A stretch of DNA of 64,000 nt, from contig OZ024740.1 of the NCBI GenBank assembly GCA_964016885.1, forward strand, positions 407,526,001 through 407,590,000. Direction: 5' to 3'. This stretch comes from Eledone cirrhosa. Taxonomy: Eukaryota. The notes under the pieces are model-generated. The model ran no database searches, had not been told where the DNA came from, and saw nothing but the letters and a program-made list of their open reading frames with translations. Below are positions 38,903-51,347 of this stretch, one piece after another; within the stretch, counting starts at the first letter, position 1; every line of letters begins with the position of its first letter. Both the position numbers and the translations under genes were made by a program.

Positions 38903-40947
38903 GTAAAGCATGGCGTCTGACTCTCTACTGATACTGCCAATCCAAATCATAAAGACATGTATATAAAATTACTTTCATTGTAAAAGGTCAAAATAATTCT
39001 AAGAAGGTTCAACAGTCTCATATGATCTATTAGAATAAAAACTAATTATGTTGAAACAACAAAACTATGAAAGTAAATAAATCACCTAAAAATGATCAAT
39101 AAACCATACAGAAAACTTAGTAAATAAAACAACATAAGGTCTATCAAAAGTATAATAACAATACATGAAAATCACAATAAGCATAACAGAAAATACTAAA
39201 GAAATAACTCTTACACAGTCATCTGATATAATAGAAAATACTGAAGGCAAAATAACTCTCACAAAGATATCTGATGTAATCTAAAGGGTTTGTCATATAA
39301 TTACTATTAAAAGGTAAATGTTGCACAAATTTAATGCTTCATAATTATCTCTATTTTTTAAAACCTAAATATATTTATTTCATGATAAGAAAAGGACACA
39401 TTAGATAGCAATATATATATATATATATATATATACGAAATAAATTAAATTAAATTAAATTAAGGGAGCCATGTCCGAGACATGCGCCATATCCACCGTA
39501 GAATAAACTCAAAGATTCCAATGAATAGATCCGAGCATTTTATATCAACTAGAAATTGATTGACATATATATATATATTTAAAATAAACACATGAAACAA
39601 TCACAATATATATATATATATATATAAATATAAGTAAGTGACATAGTCACTACTTTAAAACTGACAGCGAATGGTCTTCTAAATGTTTGTAATTAAACAT
39701 ACAGTATATTGTATATACTATACATACATTCAATTATACATCGCTATTTCAGAGCACCAATCCTAACACCTAATTTTTGCTGGACCTGCAATCACTCTGT
39801 GTAATCAGCTCCTGATTATTACTGGAATTCTATAAGAATCCAGCTTCTATAATTTTCGGCAAAGGCAGGGGAGTGCATGGTTTTGATAAATGCCAAACAG
39901 CAAGAAACAGAATGACGGCCTCTCTCCCTACCTTTGCCAAAAATAAGTGAGTGACATAGTCACTACTTCAAAACATACGGTATATTACCAAATATACTTT
40001 ACATACATTCATATTCATCATTCATTTCATTTTTTGCCAAATATACTTTACATACATTCATATATATATATATATATCCAATGCTATACAACTATTACTG
40101 TATATATGCTTAATTTTTTCTATTTTTTCAATTATGTAGAAGTGAATTTACCTAGCCAATATGGTATTAGATTGCAATCCCATGAAACCTAAGGTCAAAT
40201 CTACTACAGATGTTTTATTAGATCAGTGGACAGAACACTTTACATATTTGAACTAGGTATGGGATAGTAGATATCAGAACTTTGGAAGCTTATTTGTATC
40301 ATAAACAGCTATTGTACCCAGCAATAGAGACCTTAGAGACCCTTATGTTATATGGACGGATTAACTTCTATTATTATTATATCTTATTAACATTATTTAA
40401 GTGTTATATGAATGTGTTATTTTCTTTCTTTGCTACATCAATTATATTTCAACTACCTTTTCAATTTACAAGATTCTGAATTGCATAACAAGTTGGACAA
40501 TTAAAATGAAGCCATCTTCTAATTTGAATGAAATTCCTTACACTTCGATAGTGTATATGTTGAATAATTAATTTTCAAGTAAATCAAATATTTTTTCATA
40601 CAGTAACTGAATGCAGAATCAAACTGTGAATCACTTTATATAATTTTACCAATCAATTTAGTTTTAATTTCAATAATCTGTTATGTTGCTACTTAGAATT
40701 TCTCATTGTGTGCAATACTTCAGTCAACGAAAATCATCTTGAAAGATTGAACATACTGAGAAATTGTTGATGGAGTGAATCATCAGCTTCAAATAAATAA
40801 ATAATATCTATGATATGTATTGTATATTCTTTCATTTGTTTGTACATGCTTTTGTATATATATATATATCATATACATATTATATATATCATATATATAT
40901 ATATATATATATATCATATATATATATATCATATACATATCATATAT

Positions 40948-40986
<39 letters not shown>

Positions 40987-41325
40987 TAAATAATGTCCTT
41001 AGAATTATTAGATAAAATATATACAATTTCCTCTCCCAATAGGCATAATTAACCATATAAAAATCAATTAGACCAGGCTATAAGAATAAAGGCTCCTATG
41101 AAGAAATATTTGATAAATAACCGAAAGCAGCATCTTCGCGGTTGACCACAATAGAGTATTTACCCAACATTTCAACAGCATGTAGAAACTGACCAAATAT
41201 ATTGTCAACCATACACAATTAGGTATAAATTTAAAGTTAGAAACATGTACATACCGTAATTATATCCCATACCGTAATTATATATATATCATATATATAT
41301 ATATATATCATATATATATATATAT

Positions 41326-41376
<51 letters not shown>

Positions 41377-42048
41377 TATATATATATAAATCATCATCAA
41401 TTATTTAACGTCTGTTTTCCTAGCTAGCAAGAGTCAGATGGGTCTTCATAGACTGAGTCAATACTCAAGTAGGGCTATTGACCTCAAAGACAGGCCAGGG
41501 GTCAACAGTTTGCTTACATACTCAACCAAATGCATTTTATCATGACACCAGCAATAAAGTGGTTGTCATGTCTTTGATATAATTCAAAGTTCTTCCCAAC
41601 CCTTTGTTTGGCAAACTTTCTATTGCTGGATGTCCTTCCTATCATCAATTATTTTACAGCATGTACTGGGGGTTTATCATGTAAATCACTAAAACTAGAG
41701 AGCTTGTCATGTCCTTGACACAATTAGAGTATATATATACATTATTTGATATTCAAGCTTTAAAATATAGTATTTCTTTGATTTAACTTGAAATCTTTCA
41801 GAAGCATATGCAACTCATATATACTCATACAAATCCCTCAATATATTATTTAAAAAATAATTCTAAACCTCCACTAGCTAAAAAGGACTTCTGTAATGTT
41901 TACTTCTGATAATCTTGTTAAGAAAATGTCACTGACATTGTAATATTGCTATTTGTATATCTAGAAAAACTGCCATCACTGTATTATACTTGGATTTAGT
42001 CAACATACAATACAGGAAAGTTTCAAATAGTTTTTCTAGACAATTTAC

Positions 42049-42283
42049 CCTACTGTTGTCTTCCAGTATAGTTGAAATCCTTGTTCTCCTGAAATGAGGG
42101 AAAGGCCCTAGTTTGTTGTCTGAATTCTCATCTGTATCAGAGTTGTCTGCCCCTGTTGGCTCACCTCTTTCACTGAGGCTGTGTAGCTTAGAATCTTTTA
42201 CTATTTGATTTTTCTTCAAAAGTTTGCGTTCATCTACCAGTGGCGAGGGGTGAGGGGACAATGAACTCGGTCGAATAAGATAT
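42049..42283 (-). CDS. Host-gene exon (YLIRPSSLSPHPSPL...TILEDNSR)
   Basis: Polypyrimidine tract + TTTAG acceptor, GTAAAT donor, 235 nt, phase 2/0. Confidence 0.75.
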
Positions 42284-42945
42284 CTAAAGAAATAAAACAA
42301 AATAAAATAATCAATAGTTATTTTAAAATAAATAGTTATCAAATTCTGACAATATTTACAGGAAATAGTCACAAAATAGCAATTTTTTATGATCAAATGC
42401 AGATTCAATAGAACAATCCCTAAACATTTCAGTAAGAGGTTTCACCTATAGAAAGCTTTGTATTTACAATTTTCTAAATTCCATACCAAGATAAATCTTC
42501 TTAATTTTGGTATTAATATACAGTATAGACTTTAAAATATTCATAGAAATTATCAAGACACATGTGCAAATAATAATTTGTTATAATAGTAGACTTACAT
42601 TCTTGTCTTTATAGTAATTTTTTTATTATCTAAAATATATTTTGGAATGCAGAGTAAAGCAATTACCTTTTTAAAGATTTGTATAGTCATTCTATGATAA
42701 GTATGTTATGGAGATAATTTGATTTTTAACTCTCTATTTGCTTAATTTTGAGGATGGAGTACAGAACAACTAGTTAAGGGCTCTGCAGTTTATATCTTGT
42801 TATCTGCACTGTGCTGTACTTATAGCTCAGCCAATTAACTTTTAAAATATCTAATTTTAGAAGAGGAAAAACACCTTTCTATCAGCAAAAGAAGCACTAT
42901 ACAATTGACAAGTGTTATATTAGGTTGCAGTACTGAATTCAATTC

Positions 42946-42985
42946 CTGCTAAGAGTGTAGCCTGGAGATGCTACACTCTTAGCAG
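42946..42985. repeat. Perfect hairpin, 16-bp arms, 8-nt loop
   Basis: CTGCTAAGAGTGTAGC-CTGGAGAT-GCTACACTCTTAGCAG. Confidence 0.8.
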
Positions 42986-43502
42986 CTAACTGGTACACAA
43001 TGTAGTCCAATATACAATGTGTCTAAAAAGACAGGAGGATCATTGTTGGAATGCTTTTCAATATAGGTCTGCTTGATCAGAAGTAGCCTGGGCTAAACAA
43101 CAGTAACTTCATTCGGAAACAGCAGAGCCACCTACTTTATAGTTAGACACTAAATAAAATAAAATAATTTGTTTTGCAAAAGGAACCCAACATAATATTT
43201 CTAGCATGGTCTGAACTCCTAAGCATTCCTTTAGTAGTCCTTTGATTAGCCAGTTGACTGCGTCTCTCCTTGAAGATATTACAAGTTGAGGAAAATGAAG
43301 GCCATAACTTTAGGACCATTTCTTTAAATTCAAACTTATGGATTATCAAGACAAGACCACACTGAATATTGAGGTTGCATGATCTCTGGCATAATAGAGA
43401 ATGCCAAAATAAAGAATGAGTGGACACTTTCGCTTATCTTTTTAGCTGTCAAATAATATTTTTTTAACTAGAAATAGTTAAGTTATTCAAAAGCTTTGTT
43501 AA

Positions 43503-43718
43503 CCCTTTAGCATTTAGACTGGCAGTATCTGGCCAGAACTCTTTCACCTTTTCTGTTCAAACCAGCTGTAATTAGCTGCTCATACCTACATTAAGGTATT
43601 GTTCTCAAAATAACGTCAAAAGCTCATAGATTCAATATTGTATGAGATAATTATGTAAGATAAAGCCTTTGCTGTGAAACTACAATAATATATAGAGAAT
43701 AATGTAAATGCTAAGGGG
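43503..43718. mobile_element. piggyBac-type MITE (second copy)
   Basis: TTAA-CCCTTTAGCATT...AATGCTAAGGGG-TTAA. Confidence 0.85.
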
Positions 43719-43816
43719 TTAAACTAATTTTCACATTAAATATCCTCATGTCATAGTGAAGAAAATAGGTGGAAAGAAAACATTATTTGTAAATATTTCT
43801 GTTAAAATATACTTAC

Positions 43817-43901
43817 ATGATATCGTCAAGAACTAATTTTGTGTCATAACTAGGATTAGTGATGACATATGATAAACAATTTTTCTTATCACCACAATCA
43901 T
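43817..43901 (-). CDS. Host-gene exon (DCGDKKNCLSYVITNPSYDTKLVLDDI)
   Basis: TTTTAG acceptor, GTAAGT donor, 85 nt; phase 1/2 links 50106-50238 to 42049-42283. Confidence 0.7.
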
Positions 43902-44217
43902 CTAAAATGATATAGTACAAAATTAATTAACTTCAGAATAAAAGACAAAATTATAAATTCAGGGGAAAAATAATTTGTACTAAGATGAATAGAATAATTG
44001 CAAGAACAATACAAAAGGAAAAAAAATATTGGTTAAAAATTGATAAATTTTGTTTGCCCAATTGACAACACATTGGTATTAAATTAATTTATCAACAAGA
44101 AACTACTATTATCGTCTCCTCTAAGACATAGTTACTTATTCTAGCTAGACAATTTAATTTACTTCAACTTGTTAAGGTATGGCAGCATTTTTTAACACTA
44201 TTTTTGTTAATTCCTTT

Positions 44218-45238
44218 CATCATCATTTTACGTCCGCTTTTCCCTGCTTGCAAGGGTTGGATGGGTCCTATTCAGCACAGCATCTCTCCACTTGGCACAG
44301 TCCTTCGTCATCTCCTCCATGAGTTTCAACGATCTGAGGTCTGCTCTCACCACCTCCGCCCATGTTTTTCGTCGTCTTCCTCTACTGTGTCTTCCTTCTA
44401 CTGGGATTTCTTGGCACTTCTTTACCCAGCGGTCATCCTCCATGCACATCACATGTCCATACCATCTCAGTCTTCTCTCTTGCACACCACAACTTTTCCC
44501 TCTTATACCCAGTTTCTTTCTCAACTCATCTATGCTTGGTCGTTCACGCACATTGACATTGCACATCCAACAGAGCATCCTTGCTTTATTTCTCTCCACC
44601 CGTCGCATATCCTCTGCAGTTGCTGCCCATGCACATGTCTCACTACCATGCAGCATTGCGCATCTCACACAGGCATCATATAACCATCGTTTCGTACGCA
44701 GGGAGAAACCATTCTTTGTCAACAGAGGAAGCAGCTCCCTAAACTTATTCTAGATACTATGGCCTCGGAATCCCCCCCCCCCATGCTAATCTGATCACCT
44801 AGGTACCAGAAGCTATCAACCACTTCTATAGAACCCACCTGCATTGGAAAAATGAGTCTATCACTGTGATTACTACTACCAACTTTCCCTGTACATCTAC
44901 TGCATACGTAGTTTTCCCTACCTGTTAGTTTGCCTGCTATCCGACTACATCTCTTGTGTACACAAGATCTGCATTGGATACATTTTATGAAATTTATGCC
45001 AGTTCCTTTCCTACATATTGAACATGGCAATTTCCCTGATGGAATCAGAGTATTGTCCTCTCTTCTACCTATAACACTTTTGTCTTAGCTATGTTCACTC
45101 TCAGGCCTCTTGATTCCAACTGCTGTTTCCATAGCCAGAATTTATTCTCTAGCTCCTCTACTGCTATAAGAACTAGATCATTAGCATAGAGAAGTTCCCA
45201 TGGGCATCCAGTCTTACTCCTCTGTTATGGCTTGGAGA
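44218..45238 (-). mobile_element. RTE subfamily A, 5'-truncated
   Basis: Homologous to 25550-26510. Confidence 0.9.
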
Positions 45239-45409
45239 AATATTTTTTTGCCCTCTGCCAATATCATAGGAAACCACATAACTGTTATTTCGCAGAGAAT
45301 AATCTAATCCGGCTAAGAAAAGCGTTGAGACAGAATAAGTATTGTACTGCTATATATATATAGTATAAAAGAACAAAAAATCAGTGATGCATCTGGACTC
45401 AATTTATTG

Positions 45410-45500
45410 CGTGTTACAATTGTTTCGCCGGCATGTAGCTCGAGACATGGTCACTGTATGGATCTGGCTGATTCTACGGCTGCAGGTTCCTTCAGACACG
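45410..45500 (-). ncRNA. Type I hammerhead-like ribozyme with extended stem II
   Basis: CGTGT-CTGAAGG-...TGCAGC..GCTACA...GGC-GAA-ACAATTGT-A-ACACG, then AATAAA. Confidence 0.65.
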
Positions 45501-46039
45501 GGTAGTTCGTTCGGAGCAAATTTTATCACTGGGGTGTTATCATAAAAAAAACACCTTCAAAAAACTTTTTCCACTCTTGTCATGCCATTGGCTGTTGTTA
45601 CTCCACGTCATCTAAAGTTCTGATCACTATTTACTGCTACACGGGTCATCAGCCATTTTCCGCCCGACACACTTCAATGGAGTCATGCTGGGTTTGGTAT
45701 CTCACACGTCTGTTCACACTCCAGAGTATGTACCCACACATACATATACACACACAGGCAGACACAGACACATGCGTGCATACACATATGTACGCATACA
45801 TGCGTAGACACCCCCCTCCCCCCACATATATATATATACACGCGCACACTCTCCCTCTCTTCCACAGACCCAGGCACACCCACTTCTAGATACATACCGC
45901 CACAAGGCTATTAGCGCCTGCCTAAGTCGCGCCATATATCCGGTCCGACACACACGACCCACACAAACATACACACACATACGCGCGCACACATACCTAC
46001 GCACAACCTTATATACATATATATACACACATATACAAA

Positions 46040-48392
46040 CAATAAGGTAGATGAAGCAGTCAAGGCCAAGAGACAGGCATGGAAAGAATGGAAGAACGGG
46101 GGGAGCAGGGTACATTACATAGAGACCAGGAGGGAAGCTAGGCGACAAGCATACTTAGCTAGGAGGGAAGCAGAGGATAGAAAATTCAAGCATGTTTTAC
46201 AACGTGAGGACCAGAAACAGGAGGTATTCAAGATTGCGAGGCAGTGTGTCAGAGATAGTTATGATGTGATTGGAGAGAAGTGTATCCGGAATGATAAAGG
46301 TGAGCTTGCCCTCACAAGTGCTGAGAAGAAAGATGCATGGAAGAGTCATTATGATAGATTACTAAATGAGGAGAATGCATGGGAAGAAGAGACCCTACCC
46401 CACGTAGACCCTATAGAGGGACCAGCAGTACAAGTCAGCGGCAGCATAGTAAGTAAGGCAATCAGAGATATGAAGATAGGGAAGGCAACCGGTCCATCGG
46501 GTATAGCTGCCGAGATGCTGAAGGCATCTGGGTCTGTAGGTCACACTATAACCACACGTATCGTTAACCAGGTAATACTAGAGGGGGCCATACCAAAAGA
46601 TTGGTGCAGTAGCATCATTGTCAACTGCTACAAAGGTAAAGGCGATGCACTAGATAGAGGAAACTATAGAGGTATAAAGTTGATGGACCAGGTCATGAAA
46701 GTAACAGAAAGAGTTATAGCACAGCTGATTAGGGACCGGGTGAATATAGACGAGATGCAATTTGGGTTTGTACCAGGGAAAGGCACCACTGATGCCCTCT
46801 TCCTTGTGAGGCAATTACAGGAAAAGTACCTAGCTAAAAGTAAGCCACTCTACTTGGCATTTGTCGACCTTGAGAAAGCCTTTGACAGAGTTCCACGTGC
46901 AGTAATCTGGTGGGCTCTTAGAAAACTAGGAGTAGATGAATGGCTTGTGAAAGCGGTACAAGCCATGTATAGGGGAGCAGTCAGCAAAGTTAGGATTGGC
47001 AATGAGTATAGCGAGGAATTTAGCGTACAGGTTGGGGTCCACCAGGGCTCTGTTCTTAGCCCTCTCCTGTTCATCATAGTCCTGCAGGCAATAACGGAGG
47101 AGTTTAAGACCGGATGCCCATGGGAACTCCTGTATGCTGATGACCTCGCACTCATAGCTGAATCTATGGTAGAACTAGAGAATAAATTCCAAACCTGGAA
47201 GCAGGGACTAGAGAGAAAGGGCCTCAAAGTCAACATGACAAAGACTAAGGTCCTTATAAGTAGACGAGAAAACAGAACCCAGATCCCCTCAGGGAAATGG
47301 CCTTGCTCAGTATGTAGGAAAGGTGTAGGTAGGAACTCCATTCTCTGCCCCAAATGCAAACAATGGGTACACAAGAGATGTAGCGGGATCTCAGGAAGCT
47401 TAATTAAGAATGTAGGATTCACATGCAGCAGCTGTGCTGAAACAGCAAGCAAACAGCCACAGGAAACAAGTACCACCAATCTCTGGGAGGGCCCTGTAGA
47501 AACAGTAGACAGCTTCTGCTACCTAGGTGACCGAATTAGCAACGGAGGTGGGTGCTCAGAAAGTACAATAACTAGGGTAAGAACGGGATGGAAGAAGTTT
47601 AGGGAACTACTACCACTGCTAGCTGCAAAAGGCTTCTCCCTCAGAATGAAAGGCAGATGTATGATGCGTGTATCCGAACAGCGATGTTGCATGGTAGTGA
47701 GACCTGGGCGCTGAAGGTGGAAGACTTACGTAGATTAGAGAGAAACGAAGCCTGCATGCTCCGATGGATGTGTAACAGTAATATACGTGAACGACAAAGC
47801 ATAAAGGAATTGAGAGAGAGACTGAGCATAAGAGGAATCAAATGCTGCGTGCAGGAGAGGTGGTTACGCTGGTATGGACATGTGATGCGTATGAAGGATG
47901 ACAGCTGCATAAAAAGGTGCAGAGCACTAGAAGTTGATGGAAACCACGGAGTGGGGAGACCCAAGATGACTTGGGATGAGGTGATAAAAGCCGACCTTAC
48001 CCAACTACACCTCTCAAAGTCAATGACACACGACCGTGACTTCTGGCGTCACGCAGTAATACAGGGTACCCGACCTCCCATGGGTACATGCTGAAGCATA
48101 TAAACAATATGCCCCCCCCCCCCACCGCAAGGTGGTCGTGGAGGTGCCACGGCAAAAAAGCACCCAGCCCACACTGTAAAGTGGACGTGTAGGCGCCACG
48201 AAAAAGCACCCAGCACTCACTGTAAATGTGGTTGGTGTTAGGAAGGGCATCCAGCTGTAGAAATCAAGCCAGATCAGTTCCTGTATGAGCAAGGCATGGT
48301 CAGCCGACCAGACACTGCCCACAACAGGACAACCCGTCTAACCCATGCTAGCGTGGAAGAACGGACGTAAAACGGTGATGATGATGATGATG
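46040..48392 (+). mobile_element. RTE subfamily B, young, 5'-truncated
   Basis: ORFs 46266-47714 and 47657-48094; nearly identical to 60139-62356. Confidence 0.93.
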
Positions 48393-49086
48393 ATACACAC
48401 ACATATATACATACATATATATATATATATATTTATATATACACACACATGCACACACATACATACAAAATCCACATACGTACAGGAAATTACATACACA
48501 CATACATACACACACACATATATATATATATTTAAAAAACCCTACATGCATACGCACACCCACAAATATACATACATATATACATGCAGACATATATATA
48601 TCTACATATACATACGCACATGAACTGCCACATGCAGACACATGCACATATGCATATTTGCTTACCCACACGTTTCCACATATAAATATATAAACAAAAC
48701 CGTAAAATAAAAATACATTATAATAAAAAACACAATATACCATAAAATAACGGTAAAATAACATAACATAAAATATCAATATAGTATACAATATAATATC
48801 TATATATCTATATACACATGCACACACATTCATACATACATATACGGATATATACAATGGATATATGATAAAATAATTAAAATAATAGTAATAACATGTA
48901 TATATAATCTATATATAATCCATCGGTACACATTCCTGTGAGATGTACACAAACATACATGCATACACAAATACACATACATAGAGGCCCACATATGCAT
49001 ACACCCGCACCCACACATATATATACATACGCACTCACATACACACACACATACTCATACGTAGCTATACGTACATACACACACAC

Positions 49087-49122
<36 letters not shown>

Positions 49123-49194
49123 TCAACCACATGCGTACAAACATGTACATGCATGCACACACACGTGCTCATACTCTGATGCATATACATACAC

Positions 49195-49436
49195 AAAGTA
49201 TCGTCTTCCTGTCTTCCTCCGGTTGCAACGTTTTTTGAAATATTCACTTCTGCGTTTACAGATTGACTTTGTTAGTTTCAGAAGATCCCGTTAAGGGTGA
49301 AAGCAGCGATTCTTTGCTTAAACTTTAATCTGTTATTTTAATAAATATTTGCTCTACGGTTCTTATATATTTGATATATATTTATCCTTATCGAGCCCTC
49401 TTTAGATTTTAGTCTTCAAATTTATTATTATTACTA
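49195..49436 (+). mobile_element. Family H2 copy without fold-back
   Basis: CAGAAGATCCCGTTAAGGGTGAAA motif, AATAAA and tail shared with 34458-34668. Confidence 0.7.
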
Positions 49437-50105
49437 TATATATATATATACAATATTAATAAATGGAAACTATATTTATAAAACCATATTTATTTCATTA
49501 TAAATATTTGTCGAGTGCTTTATATCAGTTATAATAATATTTGCTTGTTGTATCCCAACAATTTAAATAGAACTTTTGCATATATATATATATATATAGG
49601 ACAGTGCAGTTGTCACATAAATATATGCACAGACATTCTAGACTATATTGTTAAAGGGCCATTTGGCTGATAAATAAATCTCACTCATCCCAAAGATACA
49701 CATAGCCACCTCTCCTTACTTTCTCATATCAACTATATTTCACTTTCCAAACAGTGTGCTAAGTACTATATTTGATACTTTCTTTCTAGAAATGAAACAC
49801 TTCGGAATTTTCTTACGTTTTGCCAATGATTTTACAAATATTCTAAGTAATATTTTCTTATATATATATTGAATATGAGTTGTAAAAGCATAAGGCAGAG
49901 ACTGTGATCAGTCTTTTAAATCAAGAAAGTAAATACATTTTGCTACAGTTTTCATTGAAAATATCTTCAAAATAGCATTTCTGAGGATTCAAGGAGTAAA
50001 ATTGATTTTTGTGTGTGTGAGAGAGAGAGAGATAAAAAGAGGGAAAGATGAAGAGAGACTACATTAATTCCAAAATCTTACTAAAAGATCACACAAAAAA
50101 CTTAC

Positions 50106-50238
50106 TATAATCTTTTAATGGAAGATTTAGATGAGCCATGCGACATTTAACCATCTGTGCAATCTCTTGACGTTCAGGAGTTGTGTTAGTGTGGTAAGTA
50201 GACTGCTCTTCATTTTCATGATTCATACTTAGAGAAAC
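50106..50238 (-). CDS. Host-gene exon (VSLSMNHENEEQSTYHTNTTPERQEIAQMVKCRMAHLNLPLKDY)
   Basis: T-rich tract + CCAG acceptor, GTAAGT donor, 133 nt, phase 0/1. Confidence 0.75.
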
Positions 50239-50513
50239 CTGGAAAAAAAAATCAATGAGAATTTTCAACAGTTCTTTTTTAAGTCAACATAATCATCAGA
50301 ACATATTTTTAAACAAACATTTTAAATATTTATCCAAGGTGACAGGACAAGAGTGGCTCTGTAAATTTTAATATTTGAATGTATCAGAATAAATATTAAC
50401 TAGTTGGTTTTGAGCCTAATATTTTTGGAACTTCTTTAACATCATATAGCTATAATAATAAATAAATAAGAAATTAAATACAAGCAATAGAAATAAAAAT
50501 ATAACATATGAAT

Positions 50514-50850
50514 ATATGTATTTGAATTTCGTATTTCTAAAGAAATCTGGTATGTTTATAAATAAACATTTAGAAAGCCATAGCTATGTGTGGCAGAAGC
50601 AAGGGGAACAATCGTTGATGCATTTCGAACTCAACTGGTTCTTGTCAGGAGAATCAGTTGAGTTCGAAATGCATCGATGATTGTTCCCCTTGCTTCTGCT
50701 GGGCACCACATGGTGGCGTTAGCTGCCAGTGTGTTTTACATAGCTATGGCTTTCTAAATGTTTATTTATAAACATACTGTATTTCTTTAGAAATACGAAA
50801 TTGAAATACATATTTGTATACAGCTATGTTCGAAGCTAAATCCTAATTCT
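50514..50850 (+). mobile_element. Fold-back element H3
   Basis: Arms total ~125 bp with an asymmetric bulge, plus a short tail; ATATGAATATATGT repeated at 50506 and 50851. Confidence 0.75.
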
Positions 50851-51347
50851 ATATGAATATATGTTTGTCTGTTAAAAGAGTAATTGAATTCTTAAGAGAG
50901 CAGGCAATTTACTTAGAGAAAAAACTTGTATTTAAATCAAATATAAGTGATATTATAAAAATGGAGCTGGAAATATTAAAATTTAGTTCTAGACATCACT
51001 GATGCTTGGTATTATATAGATTAGTTTGTAATTCCTTGAATTCTGTTATATCTGCAATAGATGTTTCTTCAGAAGAATGATAATCTGAATGCAAAATTCA
51101 TTATATTCAAATTAAATATATTAAATAAAATATTTACACACAGGAAAAACAGAAACAAAAAATGAATATTCATGAAAAAAATTCACACAATTTGAATTTC
51201 TATTGTTTAACTAATGGTAACATTTGTTTTTGACACAATTTACTTGGTGAAATATACACAGAAACATATACACATTTACATGCACACATGTGTGTGTGTA
51301 TGTATGTGTATATATATATGTGTATGTATATATATATATATATATAT

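Larger units (their letters stand above)
37557..38945 (-). mobile_element. SINE family 2 interrupted by a MITE and a CR1/L2 fragment
   Basis: SINE pieces at 37557-37652, 37872-37900 and 38903-38945. Confidence 0.75.

Noticed and set aside
45640-45670. CGGGCGGAAAATGGCTGATGACCCG (minus) as a type II hammerhead
   Set aside because: Too little sequence between GAAA and CUGAUGA for stems III and I.
12950-49294. Many ORFs rich in YI/HT/CV dipeptides
   Set aside because: Translations of (TA)n/(CA)n microsatellites.
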